NCBI GenBank assembly: GCA_964448605.1
Contig: CAYUZV010000001.1
Coordinates: forward strand, 8,693 to 72,692
Length of the DNA: 64,000 nt
Reading direction: 5' to 3'
Source of the DNA: Candidatus Woesearchaeota archaeon
GTDB taxonomy: Archaea; Nanobdellota; Nanobdellia; Pacearchaeales; GW2011-AR1
Shown here in pieces: positions 53,847 to 63,855 of this stretch. Each line of letters opens with the position of its first letter. Within the stretch, counting starts at the first letter, position 1. Below the pieces are notes generated by a model, which ran no database searches, was not told the origin of the DNA, and was given only the letters and a program-made list of their open reading frames with translations. The translations under genes were made by a program, and so were the position numbers.

Positions 53847-56800
53847 ATGGAATTTAAAAAAGGGATGAATTCATTTATAGATGATGCTATTAAAAATCTG
53901 AATGAGAGTGCAGAAAATTCAGATGATTTAGATGAATCAAGGGATATTAGTGTTGATGAGTTTTTTAATGATAAAAAGGCAGAACTTTCAGGTTATGCAA
54001 AAACTTCGCCACAACCTGATTTGGTAAAATGGTTTTCAGAAGTTAATAACAAAGATGTTCAGACAGTAGGAGGGAAAGGTGCTTCCCTTGGTGAGATGTA
54101 TAATTCTAAGTTTCCAGTTCCACCTGGTTTTGTTATAACTGCACAAGCTTTTGATTTTTTTATAACTAAAAGTGGGATTAAGGATGATATAAAGAAAATT
54201 ATGGAAAGCATTGATTTGGAAGATACAGGGGATTTGCATGAGGCATCTAAAAAAATTCGGAGTTTAATTGAGAGCAAGGAGATTCCTGAAGAGCTTGAAA
54301 AAGAGATTTTGGAATCTTATAATATTTTGAGCAGTGAGGATATTGATGAGATTGGTGTTTCACAGGATGCTTTGAATATTTTGAAAAATTCGCAGGAGCC
54401 AGTTTTTGTTTCAGTTAGAAGTTCTGCAACAACTGAAGATTTAGCTGATGCAAGTTTTGCAGGACAGCAGGAAAGTTTTTTGAATGTAAAAGGAAATTCT
54501 CAATTGATTGAAAAGGTTCGAAAATGTTTTTCTTCTCTTTATACTCCTCGTGCAATTTATTATAGAGGGAGCAAAGGATTTAAGGAAAGTGAAGCACTTT
54601 TAGCTGTTGTTGTTCAAAAGATGATTGATTCTGAAAAGTCAGGTGTTGTTTTTTCAAGAGACCCTGTTAATCTTGATGATAAGGTTGCTATTGAAGCTGT
54701 TTTTGGTTTAGGTGAGGGAATTGTGGGAGGTAAAATTAAACCAGACCATTATATTGTTTCAAGAGATTTAGAAATAAAAGATATGAAAGTTTTTGATAAG
54801 AAGATTGCTATTGTTCGGACAGGGAGTGGTGAGAATGGAATTGTAAAACTTAGTCCTGAAAAAAGTAAGACTCAGGTTTTGAGTCGTGGTGAATTGAAGG
54901 AGATTGCAGATTATGCAGTCAGATTAGAAGAGCATTATAAAAAACCGCAGGATATTGAATTTGCAGTTGAAAATGGTGAGGTTTATATTTTGCAATCAAG
55001 ACCAATTACAACTCTGAATAAAGAGAGTAAAAAAAGTGAGATTAAAGGCAATGTTATTTTGCAGGGACAGAGTGCGAGTTCAGGTGTTGGTTCTGGTGTT
55101 GTTAAAATAATTGAATCAATGGATGATTTGCCTAAGGTGAAAAAAGGTGATGTTTTGGTTACTGAAATGACCAATCCTGATATGGTTGTGGCTATGCAAA
55201 AATCTTCAGCAATTGTTACAAATGAAGGAGGCATGACTTCGCATGCTGCTATTGTTAGTCGTGAAATGGGCATACCTTGTGTTGTTGGAACTGATAATGC
55301 GACAGAAGTTTTGAAGGAAGGTATGAGAATAACTGTTGAAGGTTCATCTGGAAAGATTTTTGAAGGGCAGGTTGCTGAATCAAAATCTGTTGAAATTAAA
55401 AAAGCTGTTTCAACTGAAAAAATAAAAATAAAAGTTATTGTTGATTTGCCTGAATTTTCTGACAGAGCTGCTGAATCAGGTGTTGAAGCAATTGGACTGA
55501 CTCGTCTTGAAGGAATTATCGCAAGTATGAAAAAACACCCTTTGAAGTATGAGAAAGAAAAAAAATTAGATGATTATACAAAAGTTTTAGAAGAAGGTAT
55601 TGCTAAGATTATTAAAAATTTTAAATCAATGTGGGTTCGTGCTTCGGATATTCGGACTGATGAATATAGTTCATTAGAAGGTGCTCCTGAAAAAGAGATT
55701 AATCCTATGCTTGGTTTTCATGGTATTAGGTTTAGTTTAAAACATCCTGAAATTTTGAAAGCAGAATTACAGGCAATTAGAAATATTGCTGATAAGTTTC
55801 CAGAGAAGAAAATAGGGATTATGTTTCCACAGGTTATTTCAATTGAGGAAGTTAAAGATGTTAAAAAAATCTTTGATGAATTCAGAACAGAGAATATGGA
55901 ATTTGGTGCTATGATTGAGACACCTGCAAGTGTTCAGATAATTGATGATATTTGCAAGGAGGTTGATTTTATTTCTTTTGGAACTAATGATTTGACTCAG
56001 TTTACATTAGGAGTTGATAGGAATAATGAAGATGTTCAGTATTTGTATAATGAGATGCATCCTGCAATTTTTTCACAGATTAAAAAAGTTCTTGATGCTT
56101 GTAGGGAGAATGATGTTGAGTCAAGTATTTGCGGGCAGGCAGGTTCTAAAAAAGAAATGGCTGAATTTTTGTTTAAAGAAGGTATTAAAAGTATTTCTGT
56201 TAATGCTGATGCTGCTCATGATATTTCGATTTTGATTAGTGAATTAGAAGGGAATTGGAAAAAAGGAGAGGATGAAAGATTGGAGAATGAGAGGAAGGTT
56301 AAGGAAGAAGAATTTGAAAAAGAGAGATTAGAAAAAGAAAGGGTTGAAAGAGAGGAGCAGGAAAGACAGGAGAGAGAAAGAATTGAAAAAGAAAATATAG
56401 AAGGAGAAGAAAGAGAGAGACAGGAAAAAGAGAGATTAGAAGCAATTGAGAGAGAAAGGCTGGAGAATGAAAAAAAAGGAGAGATGGAAAAATTTGAAGA
56501 AGAAAGGAAAAAGTTTGAAAAAGAGAAATTAGCATTTGATGAAGAAAAAAAGAAATTTGAAGAGGAGAAGTTAGAAAGGGAGAAATTGAAGAGTGAGGAG
56601 ATTGAAAAAGAAGAGCAGGAAAATGAAGTAAGTGAAGAGGAAAAATTGAAAGCACTTGAAAAAGAAAAAGAGGAAAGTGAAAGATTGGAGAGGAAGAAAG
56701 AGGAGGCAATTGAAAGAGAGAAATCTGAAAGTGGTGAGAGTTCCGGAGAATCTGTTGAAGAAGTTTCTGAATCTTTTGATTCTATAAAAGATTTAAAAAA

Positions 56801-57371
56801 GAAATTATGGAAATTAAAAAAACAAAGAAAATGGAAGGAGTTTAAGGAATTGAAAAAAAAGTTGAAGAAAATGGATAATTGGAATAAAAAAGCAGAGCTT
56901 ACTCCTATGAATGTGGAAGGGCAGAAGGTTGAACCTGTTAAAAAAGATGTTGTTGTGCATAATGAAGTTGCTTCTAAAGAAGTTGTTGAAAAAAGGCCTG
57001 GAGTTGAGGAAAGTGTGGAGCCTGAAGTTCCTCGTCCAGATAATTCTTTTAATGTTGAAAAGAATATTCATAAAGTTGATGATGATAAAAGAATTGATAA
57101 GGAAAGTGAGGAAATTCATCAGAGAGTTGAGAGGGAGAATGATGCTGAAGTGAAGGCAATGGATGAAGGTATTGAAGTTAGTAAAGAAGATTATGCTGAT
57201 GTTCCTATTGAGGAGAGAACTAAGGAGATTGGTGGAGAAGAATCTGAAAAAAATGAGCAAGAAGATTCTGTTGATGAGAAAAAAGTGGAAGAGAATGTAG
57301 GAGTTTATAAGCCTGATTTAGAAGAAAAGAAAGAGAAATTTAATTATAATTTTAGTGATTGGGAGGATTAG
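53847..57371 (+). CDS. ppsA: Phosphoenolpyruvate synthase with a long charged C-terminal extension
   Basis: VGGKGASLGEM, VRSSAT.ED, GG.TSHAAIVSRE, E.NPMLG.HGIR, SFGTNDL and SICGQ motifs. Confidence 0.93.
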   Translation: MEFKKGMNSFIDDAIKNLNESAENSDDLDESRDISVDEFFNDKKAELSGYAKTSPQPDLVKWFSEVNNKDVQTVGGKGASLGEMYNSKFPVPPGFVITAQAFDFFITKSGIKDDIKKIMESIDLEDTGDLHEASKKIRSLIESKEIPEELEKEILESYNILSSEDIDEIGVSQDALNILKNSQEPVFVSVRSSATTEDLADASFAGQQESFLNVKGNSQLIEKVRKCFSSLYTPRAIYYRGSKGFKESEALLAVVVQKMIDSEKSGVVFSRDPVNLDDKVAIEAVFGLGEGIVGGKIKPDHYIVSRDLEIKDMKVFDKKIAIVRTGSGENGIVKLSPEKSKTQVLSRGELKEIADYAVRLEEHYKKPQDIEFAVENGEVYILQSRPITTLNKESKKSEIKGNVILQGQSASSGVGSGVVKIIESMDDLPKVKKGDVLVTEMTNPDMVVAMQKSSAIVTNEGGMTSHAAIVSREMGIPCVVGTDNATEVLKEGMRITVEGSSGKIFEGQVAESKSVEIKKAVSTEKIKIKVIVDLPEFSDRAAESGVEAIGLTRLEGIIASMKKHPLKYEKEKKLDDYTKVLEEGIAKIIKNFKSMWVRASDIRTDEYSSLEGAPEKEINPMLGFHGIRFSLKHPEILKAELQAIRNIADKFPEKKIGIMFPQVISIEEVKDVKKIFDEFRTENMEFGAMIETPASVQIIDDICKEVDFISFGTNDLTQFTLGVDRNNEDVQYLYNEMHPAIFSQIKKVLDACRENDVESSICGQAGSKKEMAEFLFKEGIKSISVNADAAHDISILISELEGNWKKGEDERLENERKVKEEEFEKERLEKERVEREEQERQERERIEKENIEGEERERQEKERLEAIERERLENEKKGEMEKFEEERKKFEKEKLAFDEEKKKFEEEKLEREKLKSEEIEKEEQENEVSEEEKLKALEKEKEESERLERKKEEAIEREKSESGESSGESVEEVSESFDSIKDLKKKLWKLKKQRKWKEFKELKKKLKKMDNWNKKAELTPMNVEGQKVEPVKKDVVVHNEVASKEVVEKRPGVEESVEPEVPRPDNSFNVEKNIHKVDDDKRIDKESEEIHQRVERENDAEVKAMDEGIEVSKEDYADVPIEERTKEIGGEESEKNEQEDSVDEKKVEENVGVYKPDLEEKKEKFNYNFSDWED

Positions 57372-57381
57372 TTTGGAATAT

Positions 57382-58353
57382 CTAAATTGGAAGATTGTCT
57401 TTATTTGTGTAGATTCTTTTTCCAAAACTCATGATTTCAAATTTTTTTAGAACATTTGGAAATTTTTCTTTTATGTCTTCAATTTCCTGTTGCAGTTCTC
57501 TTATTGAGGGATAGATGAAATTTAGTTCATAATCCCATACACCTGACATTCTCATGAGTATTTTTATGTTTTTGTTCTGACTTAAATATTCTTCAAATTC
57601 TTTTTCTTTTTTTAGGTTTTTAACTTGTATGAATAGGATGAAAGGAGTGTGATTGAATTTTGCAGTATCAAGAGTCATAAAATATCCCATTATTACTTTG
57701 TTTTTTTCAAGTTCTTTTAATCTTGTTGCAATTGTTTTTAGAGATAGTCTGGTTTTATCACTAATTGTTACAATGTTCATTCTTGGATGATGTGCAATTA
57801 TTTTGAGTATTTTTTTATCAGCTTTATTTAGTTTTATTTTTTCACTTGTATTTTCAATTGAATATATTTCTTTTACTGGTTTTTCATGAATAAAATTATA
57901 TCTGAAATAGAAACTTCTGCATATTATTTGAGTGTGTTTTTGATTTATTTTACTGGAGAATCTTTCATTGAATTTGCTAAACTGTTCTATGAAATCCTGA
58001 AGATTTTTTATTAAAAAACAAACTCCTAAATCATAAGGTCCGTAAAATCTCGCAGCCCAAATAACATTTTTTGATTTTTTTAATTCTTTGATGATTGCTT
58101 TTTCAGTTTCTTCATTGTAAAAATCAAATGAATAATAAACTCTTATTTCTGTGAATCCAAGTCTTTTATTATTTATTCCTACAAGATTATGCAACATATA
58201 TTTTTTTAATTTTTCAAATCTTAATGAAACTGAATTTTTTGAAAGTTTTACTTTTTTTCCTATTTTAGAAAAATTTTGTCTGAAATTTATGTCAAGTTCT
58301 CTTAAAATTTCGTAATCTTTTGTATCTAATTTTAAGGAACTCTGATTTTCCAT
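57382..58353 (-). CDS. Duplicated Lrp/AsnC-family transcriptional regulator
   Basis: Two LD..D..IL…HTH + RAM units. Confidence 0.85.
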   Translation of the reverse strand: MENQSSLKLDTKDYEILRELDINFRQNFSKIGKKVKLSKNSVSLRFEKLKKYMLHNLVGINNKRLGFTEIRVYYSFDFYNEETEKAIIKELKKSKNVIWAARFYGPYDLGVCFLIKNLQDFIEQFSKFNERFSSKINQKHTQIICRSFYFRYNFIHEKPVKEIYSIENTSEKIKLNKADKKILKIIAHHPRMNIVTISDKTRLSLKTIATRLKELEKNKVIMGYFMTLDTAKFNHTPFILFIQVKNLKKEKEFEEYLSQNKNIKILMRMSGVWDYELNFIYPSIRELQQEIEDIKEKFPNVLKKFEIMSFGKRIYTNKDNLPI

Positions 58354-58592
58354 TTTTAATAAAGAGTTTTCTTTTTAAAAAACCTTTCTGTTTTTCTTAG
58401 GATTTTTATGTAAATTATTTAAATTATTTACTTTAATGTCATTTGTATTTAAATTATTGTATGATAATATTATAAAAATGTTTTAAATTTTACTTTTTAT
58501 TATGACAGATGGGTAATAATTTTATAATAACTTCAGGTTTGTTTTAATTTTTTATGTTGTTCTTTTTTATATTTTATTTTCTTGTTTATTTT

Positions 58593-58808
58593 ATGAAAAA
58601 TAATTTAGAATCAATAGGATGTTTTAATGTTCCTGCAAGAATTGAAGGTGGAGAAAGGAAATGTCCAAAGTGTAATGAAAGCACCCTTAGAGAAATTGAC
58701 TGGGTTGAAAGTGCAGGGGGCAGTGGTGATAATGTTACAACTTTTTATAGCTGTCGTAAATGTGACTATAGAGAAAAGGGAGAAACTTTTTTTACAAATG
58801 ATTATTAA
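58593..58808 (+). CDS. Small Zn-ribbon protein A
   Basis: CPKC…GGSGDN…YSCRKC. Confidence 0.7.
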   Translation: MKNNLESIGCFNVPARIEGGERKCPKCNESTLREIDWVESAGGSGDNVTTFYSCRKCDYREKGETFFTNDY

Positions 58809-58889
58809 TGTATTTTTTTATTTGATTCTATTAAATTGTCCTAAATTTTTTGGTTTTGGTTTTATATATTTTTTTGATTTAATTAATTT

Positions 58890-59114
58890 ATGAGTTTAAG
58901 AAATAATGAAAGTTTGGAAATGATTGATAGTTTTGAGTCAGGTATTAGAATGGAAGGAAGTTATCAGGAAAGATGCAGGAAGTGTGGAGAGTTAGTTGTT
59001 GTTAAAAAATATTTGGAAAAAGGAGGTGGTTCAGATAATCTTGTTGGAGAGTATTCTTGCAGAGAGTGTGGTTTTTATCACAGAGAGGAACATATGAATA
59101 CTGATTTTTGGTAA
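58890..59114 (+). CDS. Small Zn-ribbon protein B (paralog of A)
   Basis: CRKC…GGGSDN…YSCREC. Confidence 0.7.
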   Translation: MSLRNNESLEMIDSFESGIRMEGSYQERCRKCGELVVVKKYLEKGGGSDNLVGEYSCRECGFYHREEHMNTDFW

Positions 59115-59115
59115 A

Positions 59116-60297
59116 ATGGTTTTGAGTTTGTCAAGGGAAAATTTAACAAAACTTTATCGTCCTGTTCATGGTTTGGAAGATATTTTTGAAGTTGTAAAAA
59201 AATGCGAGGATGTTATGGGTAATGGACCGAGTTATGTTACAATTGATCCCCGGGATTTTGAAGTTAATGTTTATTCAGATAAAAGGAGATTGAGACCTTA
59301 TGATATTTCTGAACAAAAAAAGAAAGATGAATCTGAGAGTAATGTTAGAAAAGATATTCTTGAAAAAGGAGAGTGTGTGATTTGCAAGGGTTTTTTTGAT
59401 TCAGGAAATCCAACAACAACTCCGGTAATTAGTTATGATAATTTTTCTGATGAGAGTTATTCTTTTACAAATATTAATAAATTTCCTGTTGCAGTTCCTG
59501 AAAAAATTCCTATTCATGGCAGGATTCCTGAAATATTTTTTAGATTTAATGATGATATAAATAGTCAGTTTGGAGTTCATTTGTTATCATGGGCAACTAA
59601 TTTTCATAGAGATGTTCATCAGATGAGTTCTGAAGAGCATGTAAATTGTCTTGAAAATATTTTGAAGACTCAAGAACTATTGTTTTCTGGAAATGGGAAT
59701 GTTCGTTTTTATTCTCAATTAATTAAGAATACGGGAGGGATTGCTGGATGTAGTCTTGAACATGGACATTATCAAATGGTTTTTTCAAATATTCCTTCTG
59801 GAAAAAATATTTCAGATTTTAAATTTAGAATTGATAATGGAATTAGTTTTGCAGAACATGTAAGAAAAGAGAATCCTTCGGATTTGGAAATTGAAGGGAA
59901 TTATGGTTCAGTTAGGTTAGTTGTTCCTTATGTAACTGAAAAACCTTTTGAATTAATGATATTTCCGAAAAATAGTGGAATAAGTAATTTTAGGGATATT
60001 TCTGATGAGAGGACTTTTTCTGGTTTGTCTCAGGCGATTATAGATTGTGCAAGGGTTTTTTATTATTTTGCAGATTTTTCAAATAAACCTTTTGGTTATA
60101 ATATTGAATTTCATGAGGGTTTGACAAAAGATGATGAAATGTATGTTGAACTTATTCCAAGCACTCAAATAACTGCCGGGCTTGAACTTTTGGGTTATAA
60201 TGTTTGTCAGCAGACACCTGAAAGCTCTTCAAAATTATTTAATGAAATTTTGAAAGAATTGCCTGAAAATCCTGAGGAGTATTCTATTGTTCCTTAA
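59116..60297 (+). CDS. GalT-like HIT nucleotidyltransferase
   Basis: R..RP, CVIC, NKFP, N.G..AGCSLEHGHYQ (HxHxQ) and AG.EL motifs. Confidence 0.75.
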   Translation: MVLSLSRENLTKLYRPVHGLEDIFEVVKKCEDVMGNGPSYVTIDPRDFEVNVYSDKRRLRPYDISEQKKKDESESNVRKDILEKGECVICKGFFDSGNPTTTPVISYDNFSDESYSFTNINKFPVAVPEKIPIHGRIPEIFFRFNDDINSQFGVHLLSWATNFHRDVHQMSSEEHVNCLENILKTQELLFSGNGNVRFYSQLIKNTGGIAGCSLEHGHYQMVFSNIPSGKNISDFKFRIDNGISFAEHVRKENPSDLEIEGNYGSVRLVVPYVTEKPFELMIFPKNSGISNFRDISDERTFSGLSQAIIDCARVFYYFADFSNKPFGYNIEFHEGLTKDDEMYVELIPSTQITAGLELLGYNVCQQTPESSSKLFNEILKELPENPEEYSIVP

Positions 60298-60374
60298 GGT
60301 TTTTGTCCTAACTTTTAAGTAATTACAAATAGAAAGATTTATAAAGGTTTGAGGGTTGTATAGTGTAAGAGAAA

Positions 60375-61157
60375 ATGGCGCAGATATTACCTGAACCAAA
60401 TGTAATTGATATATTAGGAAAATATTCTGATACAAAGAGAGATTTTTTAAGAGCAGCTAGTGCTGTAGTAACTTTAGAAGAATTAGCTAATGGAAAAGAT
60501 TGGTCAAATCCTGAAGATAGGCAGAGTTTGGGAAAAATGATTTATCCTGAAAATCCTGGTCTTTTTGAAGGAAGGGCTGTTGATGTTTTTAGAAATGATG
60601 TTTCAGTTCTTAGTTCTGTTGTTCCTGCTCAATTAAGTGCTTATATGTCAAATGGCGATAATAGGGATGATATATTTGGAGAGTTAGTTGATGAAGATGT
60701 AATTTTTGAACTTCCTATGGAATTGCCTTTTGTTGAGACAGGAGATGAAAAAAAGGATAGATTGGGAATAAGTGCTGTTAAATATAAACAGGTTTCAAGA
60801 GTTTTGGAAATGAGAGAAGAAGAAAGACAAAGATATGTTTTAAATAGGCTTCAAAAAAGTAAAATTCCTGAAGCTTGGTTGTATGGTTTTAATCCTAGTA
60901 ATTCTAATGATATTTATATGACTTTAAATTCTTATAGGTTATCTGATGGAGCTACTTACAAAAGAAATGTTTTTTCTGCCGGAGCTAATGGTGTTATAGA
61001 TTATGCTAAGAGAGTTTTAGAAGTTATTAAAGGTGAGAATAAAGATAGAGAATTGGTTCTTTTTGATAGAGGTTTAGCTAAAACAGCTTTAGGTCAGTTT
61101 GGTTATACTCAAAGAAAGGAAGAAGCTGAAAAATCTAAAGAGAATAAGTCAGATTAA
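60375..61157 (+). CDS. Hypothetical protein
   Basis: 260-aa ORF after a TATA box. Confidence 0.65.
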   Translation: MAQILPEPNVIDILGKYSDTKRDFLRAASAVVTLEELANGKDWSNPEDRQSLGKMIYPENPGLFEGRAVDVFRNDVSVLSSVVPAQLSAYMSNGDNRDDIFGELVDEDVIFELPMELPFVETGDEKKDRLGISAVKYKQVSRVLEMREEERQRYVLNRLQKSKIPEAWLYGFNPSNSNDIYMTLNSYRLSDGATYKRNVFSAGANGVIDYAKRVLEVIKGENKDRELVLFDRGLAKTALGQFGYTQRKEEAEKSKENKSD

Positions 61158-61990
61158 ACAATCTCCTTAATTAATTTCATAGTTACATTAAAGAATTCTT
61201 CTGCTTTGTCTTGCCACATGTCAATTACATTTCCTGAAATGTCTTTGATTTCTCCGTGCATGATTTTTTTGTGGAGTTCGTAGATTTCTTTGAAGTCTTT
61301 TACATATTTTGATTTTAAAAGATTTTTATTTACAAAATGTTCATTTAGAAATGCTGTTAAATGTTCATATGAAGGAGGAGTTACATTAACTGCCATAAGA
61401 AGTGCTTGTGCAGAATCTACCATTGCCCAGAAGCTTCCTTCAATTGCAGATATTTCTGACTGCTTGCTTCTTATAATGTGGAATGGAACTCTGTTTAAGC
61501 AGGCATGGATTGATTCAGGTGTTGGTTTTATTTTTCCATCTTGTAAAAGTAATTTCAAAGGATTAAAAAAACCTCCAAAGTCAATTAGGACTTCTCCGTA
61601 TCTTAAAACATTAATTACAGTCGGGTCTCCGTTTGTTAAATCCTGCCACCATGTTGTGAGTTTTATTGTGTTTATGTGCAAATCTCTTTTGTATGGGTTT
61701 GATTTCATTATTTTTCCTAATTCATCTCTATACCATGCAATAAGTTTTTCATCAAATTTTATAGAGGCATCATCTATGATAATTATTATGTCAATATCAG
61801 AACCAGTTACCATTGTTTGTTTTGTTGCTGAACCAAAAAGGACGATTGACTTCACCATTTTGTCAAATTTTGTGTAAACTTTTTGAGCAAAATCCATTGC
61901 AATATCTCTTTCTGATTTTATGTGCAGGGTTGGATGTTTAGTAGATTTTGTTTTAGTTACTTCTTTTTTTTCAGATTTTTTCTTTTTCAT
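61154..61990 (-). CDS. Nucleotidyltransferase plus HEPN-like domain protein
   Basis: LFGS……SDID, then A.V..AQA.L…PP and K.I.HG. Confidence 0.75.
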   Translation of the reverse strand: MKKKKSEKKEVTKTKSTKHPTLHIKSERDIAMDFAQKVYTKFDKMVKSIVLFGSATKQTMVTGSDIDIIIIIDDASIKFDEKLIAWYRDELGKIMKSNPYKRDLHINTIKLTTWWQDLTNGDPTVINVLRYGEVLIDFGGFFNPLKLLLQDGKIKPTPESIHACLNRVPFHIIRSKQSEISAIEGSFWAMVDSAQALLMAVNVTPPSYEHLTAFLNEHFVNKNLLKSKYVKDFKEIYELHKKIMHGEIKDISGNVIDMWQDKAEEFFNVTMKLIKEIV

Positions 61991-62213
61991 GTTCGCCTCT
62001 TTATTATATATAAAATAATTTAGTATTTAAAATGTTTGTGTTTTTGTGTTTTGTTTATTCGCATCCAGACTTCATCACAGATGCTTGTATTATTAAGAGG
62101 TAACTTATAATTCGATAGATGATTTTTTAGGGTTGAGTTTGTTAGATTTGATTGGTGTAAATTTAATCTTTTCAAATCAACATCTTTAAATATAGAGGGT
62201 TATAATTATATTT

Positions 62214-63320
62214 ATGAAAAATGTTGTGAATCCGTGGGAAGTTAAGGGAAGTGTGAATTATGAAAAGTTGATGAAGGAGTTTGGAATTTCTGCTATGAAG
62301 AAACTGCCGAATGTTTTTGATAAGGAGCTTCTTTTTAGAAGGAGAATTATTTTTGCTCATAGAGATATTCAAAGGATTTTAGAGGCAATTAAAAATAAGA
62401 AAAAGTTTGTGATGATGACTGGTTTGATGCCTACTGGGAAGTTTCATTTAGGGCATGCGATTTTGGCTAAGCAGTTTGTTTTTTATCAGAATTTGGGTGC
62501 TAAGATTTATATTGCTGTTGCTGATTTAGAGGCATATAATGCTCGTGGGCAATCTTTGGAAGATTCGCGGAAGATTGCGATTGAAGAATATATTACAAAT
62601 TATATTGCTCTTGGTTTGAAGCCTGAGAATTGTGAAATTTATTTTCAGAGTGAAAGGTCTAAAGATGGAAAGAAAGCGAATGCTTATTATAGATTGCAGA
62701 ATCTATTGGCTCGCCATGTGACTTTTTCAGAATTTAAAGCTGTTTATGGAGATATTAGTTCTGGAAAAATGTTAGCTTCATTGTTGCAGGCATCGGATAT
62801 GTTGCATCCTCAACTTTCTGAATTTGAAGGAGAGTGTCCTGTTTTAGTTCCTGTTGGAATTGACCAAGACCCTCATTTAAGACTGGCAAGAGATATTTCA
62901 AAAAGATTTAAAGTTTATAATTTTACTCAACTTTCGTCTACTTATCATCTTTTTGCACCTGGTTTAAAGGGTGATAAGATGTCTGCATCTGATGCTAATT
63001 CATATATTGCTTTAACTGATGATGAAAAAACTGTTAAAAATAAAATAAACAAATATGCTTTTTCAGGAGGACAACCTACATTAGAAGAACACAAGAAAAA
63101 AGGCGGTAATCCGAATATTGATGTTTCATTTCAGTATTTGAAAATGTTTTTAGAAGAAGATGATTCTAAGTTAGAGGATATTTATGAGAAATATAAGAAA
63201 GGTGAGATGTCTACTGGTGAATTGAAGAAATATACTATTGAGAAATTGAATGAATTTTTGAAGGAGCATAGGGCTAATCGGGAGAAGGCTAAAGGTGCTG
63301 TTGAGAGAGTTGTTGAGTGA
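62214..63320 (+). CDS. trpS: Tryptophan--tRNA ligase (archaeal type)
   Basis: V.PW, HLGH, G.DQDPH.R, KMSAS and YAFSGG motifs. Confidence 0.93.
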   Translation: MKNVVNPWEVKGSVNYEKLMKEFGISAMKKLPNVFDKELLFRRRIIFAHRDIQRILEAIKNKKKFVMMTGLMPTGKFHLGHAILAKQFVFYQNLGAKIYIAVADLEAYNARGQSLEDSRKIAIEEYITNYIALGLKPENCEIYFQSERSKDGKKANAYYRLQNLLARHVTFSEFKAVYGDISSGKMLASLLQASDMLHPQLSEFEGECPVLVPVGIDQDPHLRLARDISKRFKVYNFTQLSSTYHLFAPGLKGDKMSASDANSYIALTDDEKTVKNKINKYAFSGGQPTLEEHKKKGGNPNIDVSFQYLKMFLEEDDSKLEDIYEKYKKGEMSTGELKKYTIEKLNEFLKEHRANREKAKGAVERVVE

Positions 63321-63463
63321 TTTTTTTAGATGATTTGGAATGTGAAAATAATTGTATGATTTTTACCAATAAAAACATTTATTAACTTATATTTTTTTAA
63401 TATTTTAATGCAAAACAATTATGCAATTAGGGGTGAATTAATTAATTTACAGGTAGGTAGAAG

Positions 63464-63796
63464 ATGGTTGCAAGGAACGACCCAGAGTCAGAAATCACAA
63501 TTGAAGAGTTTAATGAAATCATTAATAATTCTCATAGATTAGTTGTTGTTGATTTTTATGCTGAGTGGTGCATGCCCTGCCTGATGTTGTCTCCGATTAT
63601 TGAAGAATTAGCTGAAAAATTAAAAGAAATAAAATTTGTTAAGATAAATATTGATGAGAATAAGGAACTTGCTAATAAGCATGGTATTTCAAGCATTCCT
63701 TGTTTGATTATTTTTAAGGATGGTGTTGAGGTTGACAGGATTATTGGGGCGCAGACTGGAGAGGAGATTGAGGAAAAATTAAGAAGGTTTTTGTGA
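63464..63796 (+). CDS. trxA: Thioredoxin
   Basis: DFYAEWCMPC and SIP motifs. Confidence 0.9.
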   Translation: MVARNDPESEITIEEFNEIINNSHRLVVVDFYAEWCMPCLMLSPIIEELAEKLKEIKFVKINIDENKELANKHGISSIPCLIIFKDGVEVDRIIGAQTGEEIEEKLRRFL

Positions 63797-63855
63797 TTAA
63801 TTTTTATTATCTTTTAGAATAACAATTATTATAAAGTTTTATTGAGGATTTTTTT

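Noticed and set aside
56280-56720. Tandem DNA repeat
   Set aside because: Purine-rich low complexity from E/K/R codons, with no fixed unit.
62058-62090. TTCGCATCCAGA match to the J3 junction
   Set aside because: Only about 11 nt with no other tRNA features; could be chance.
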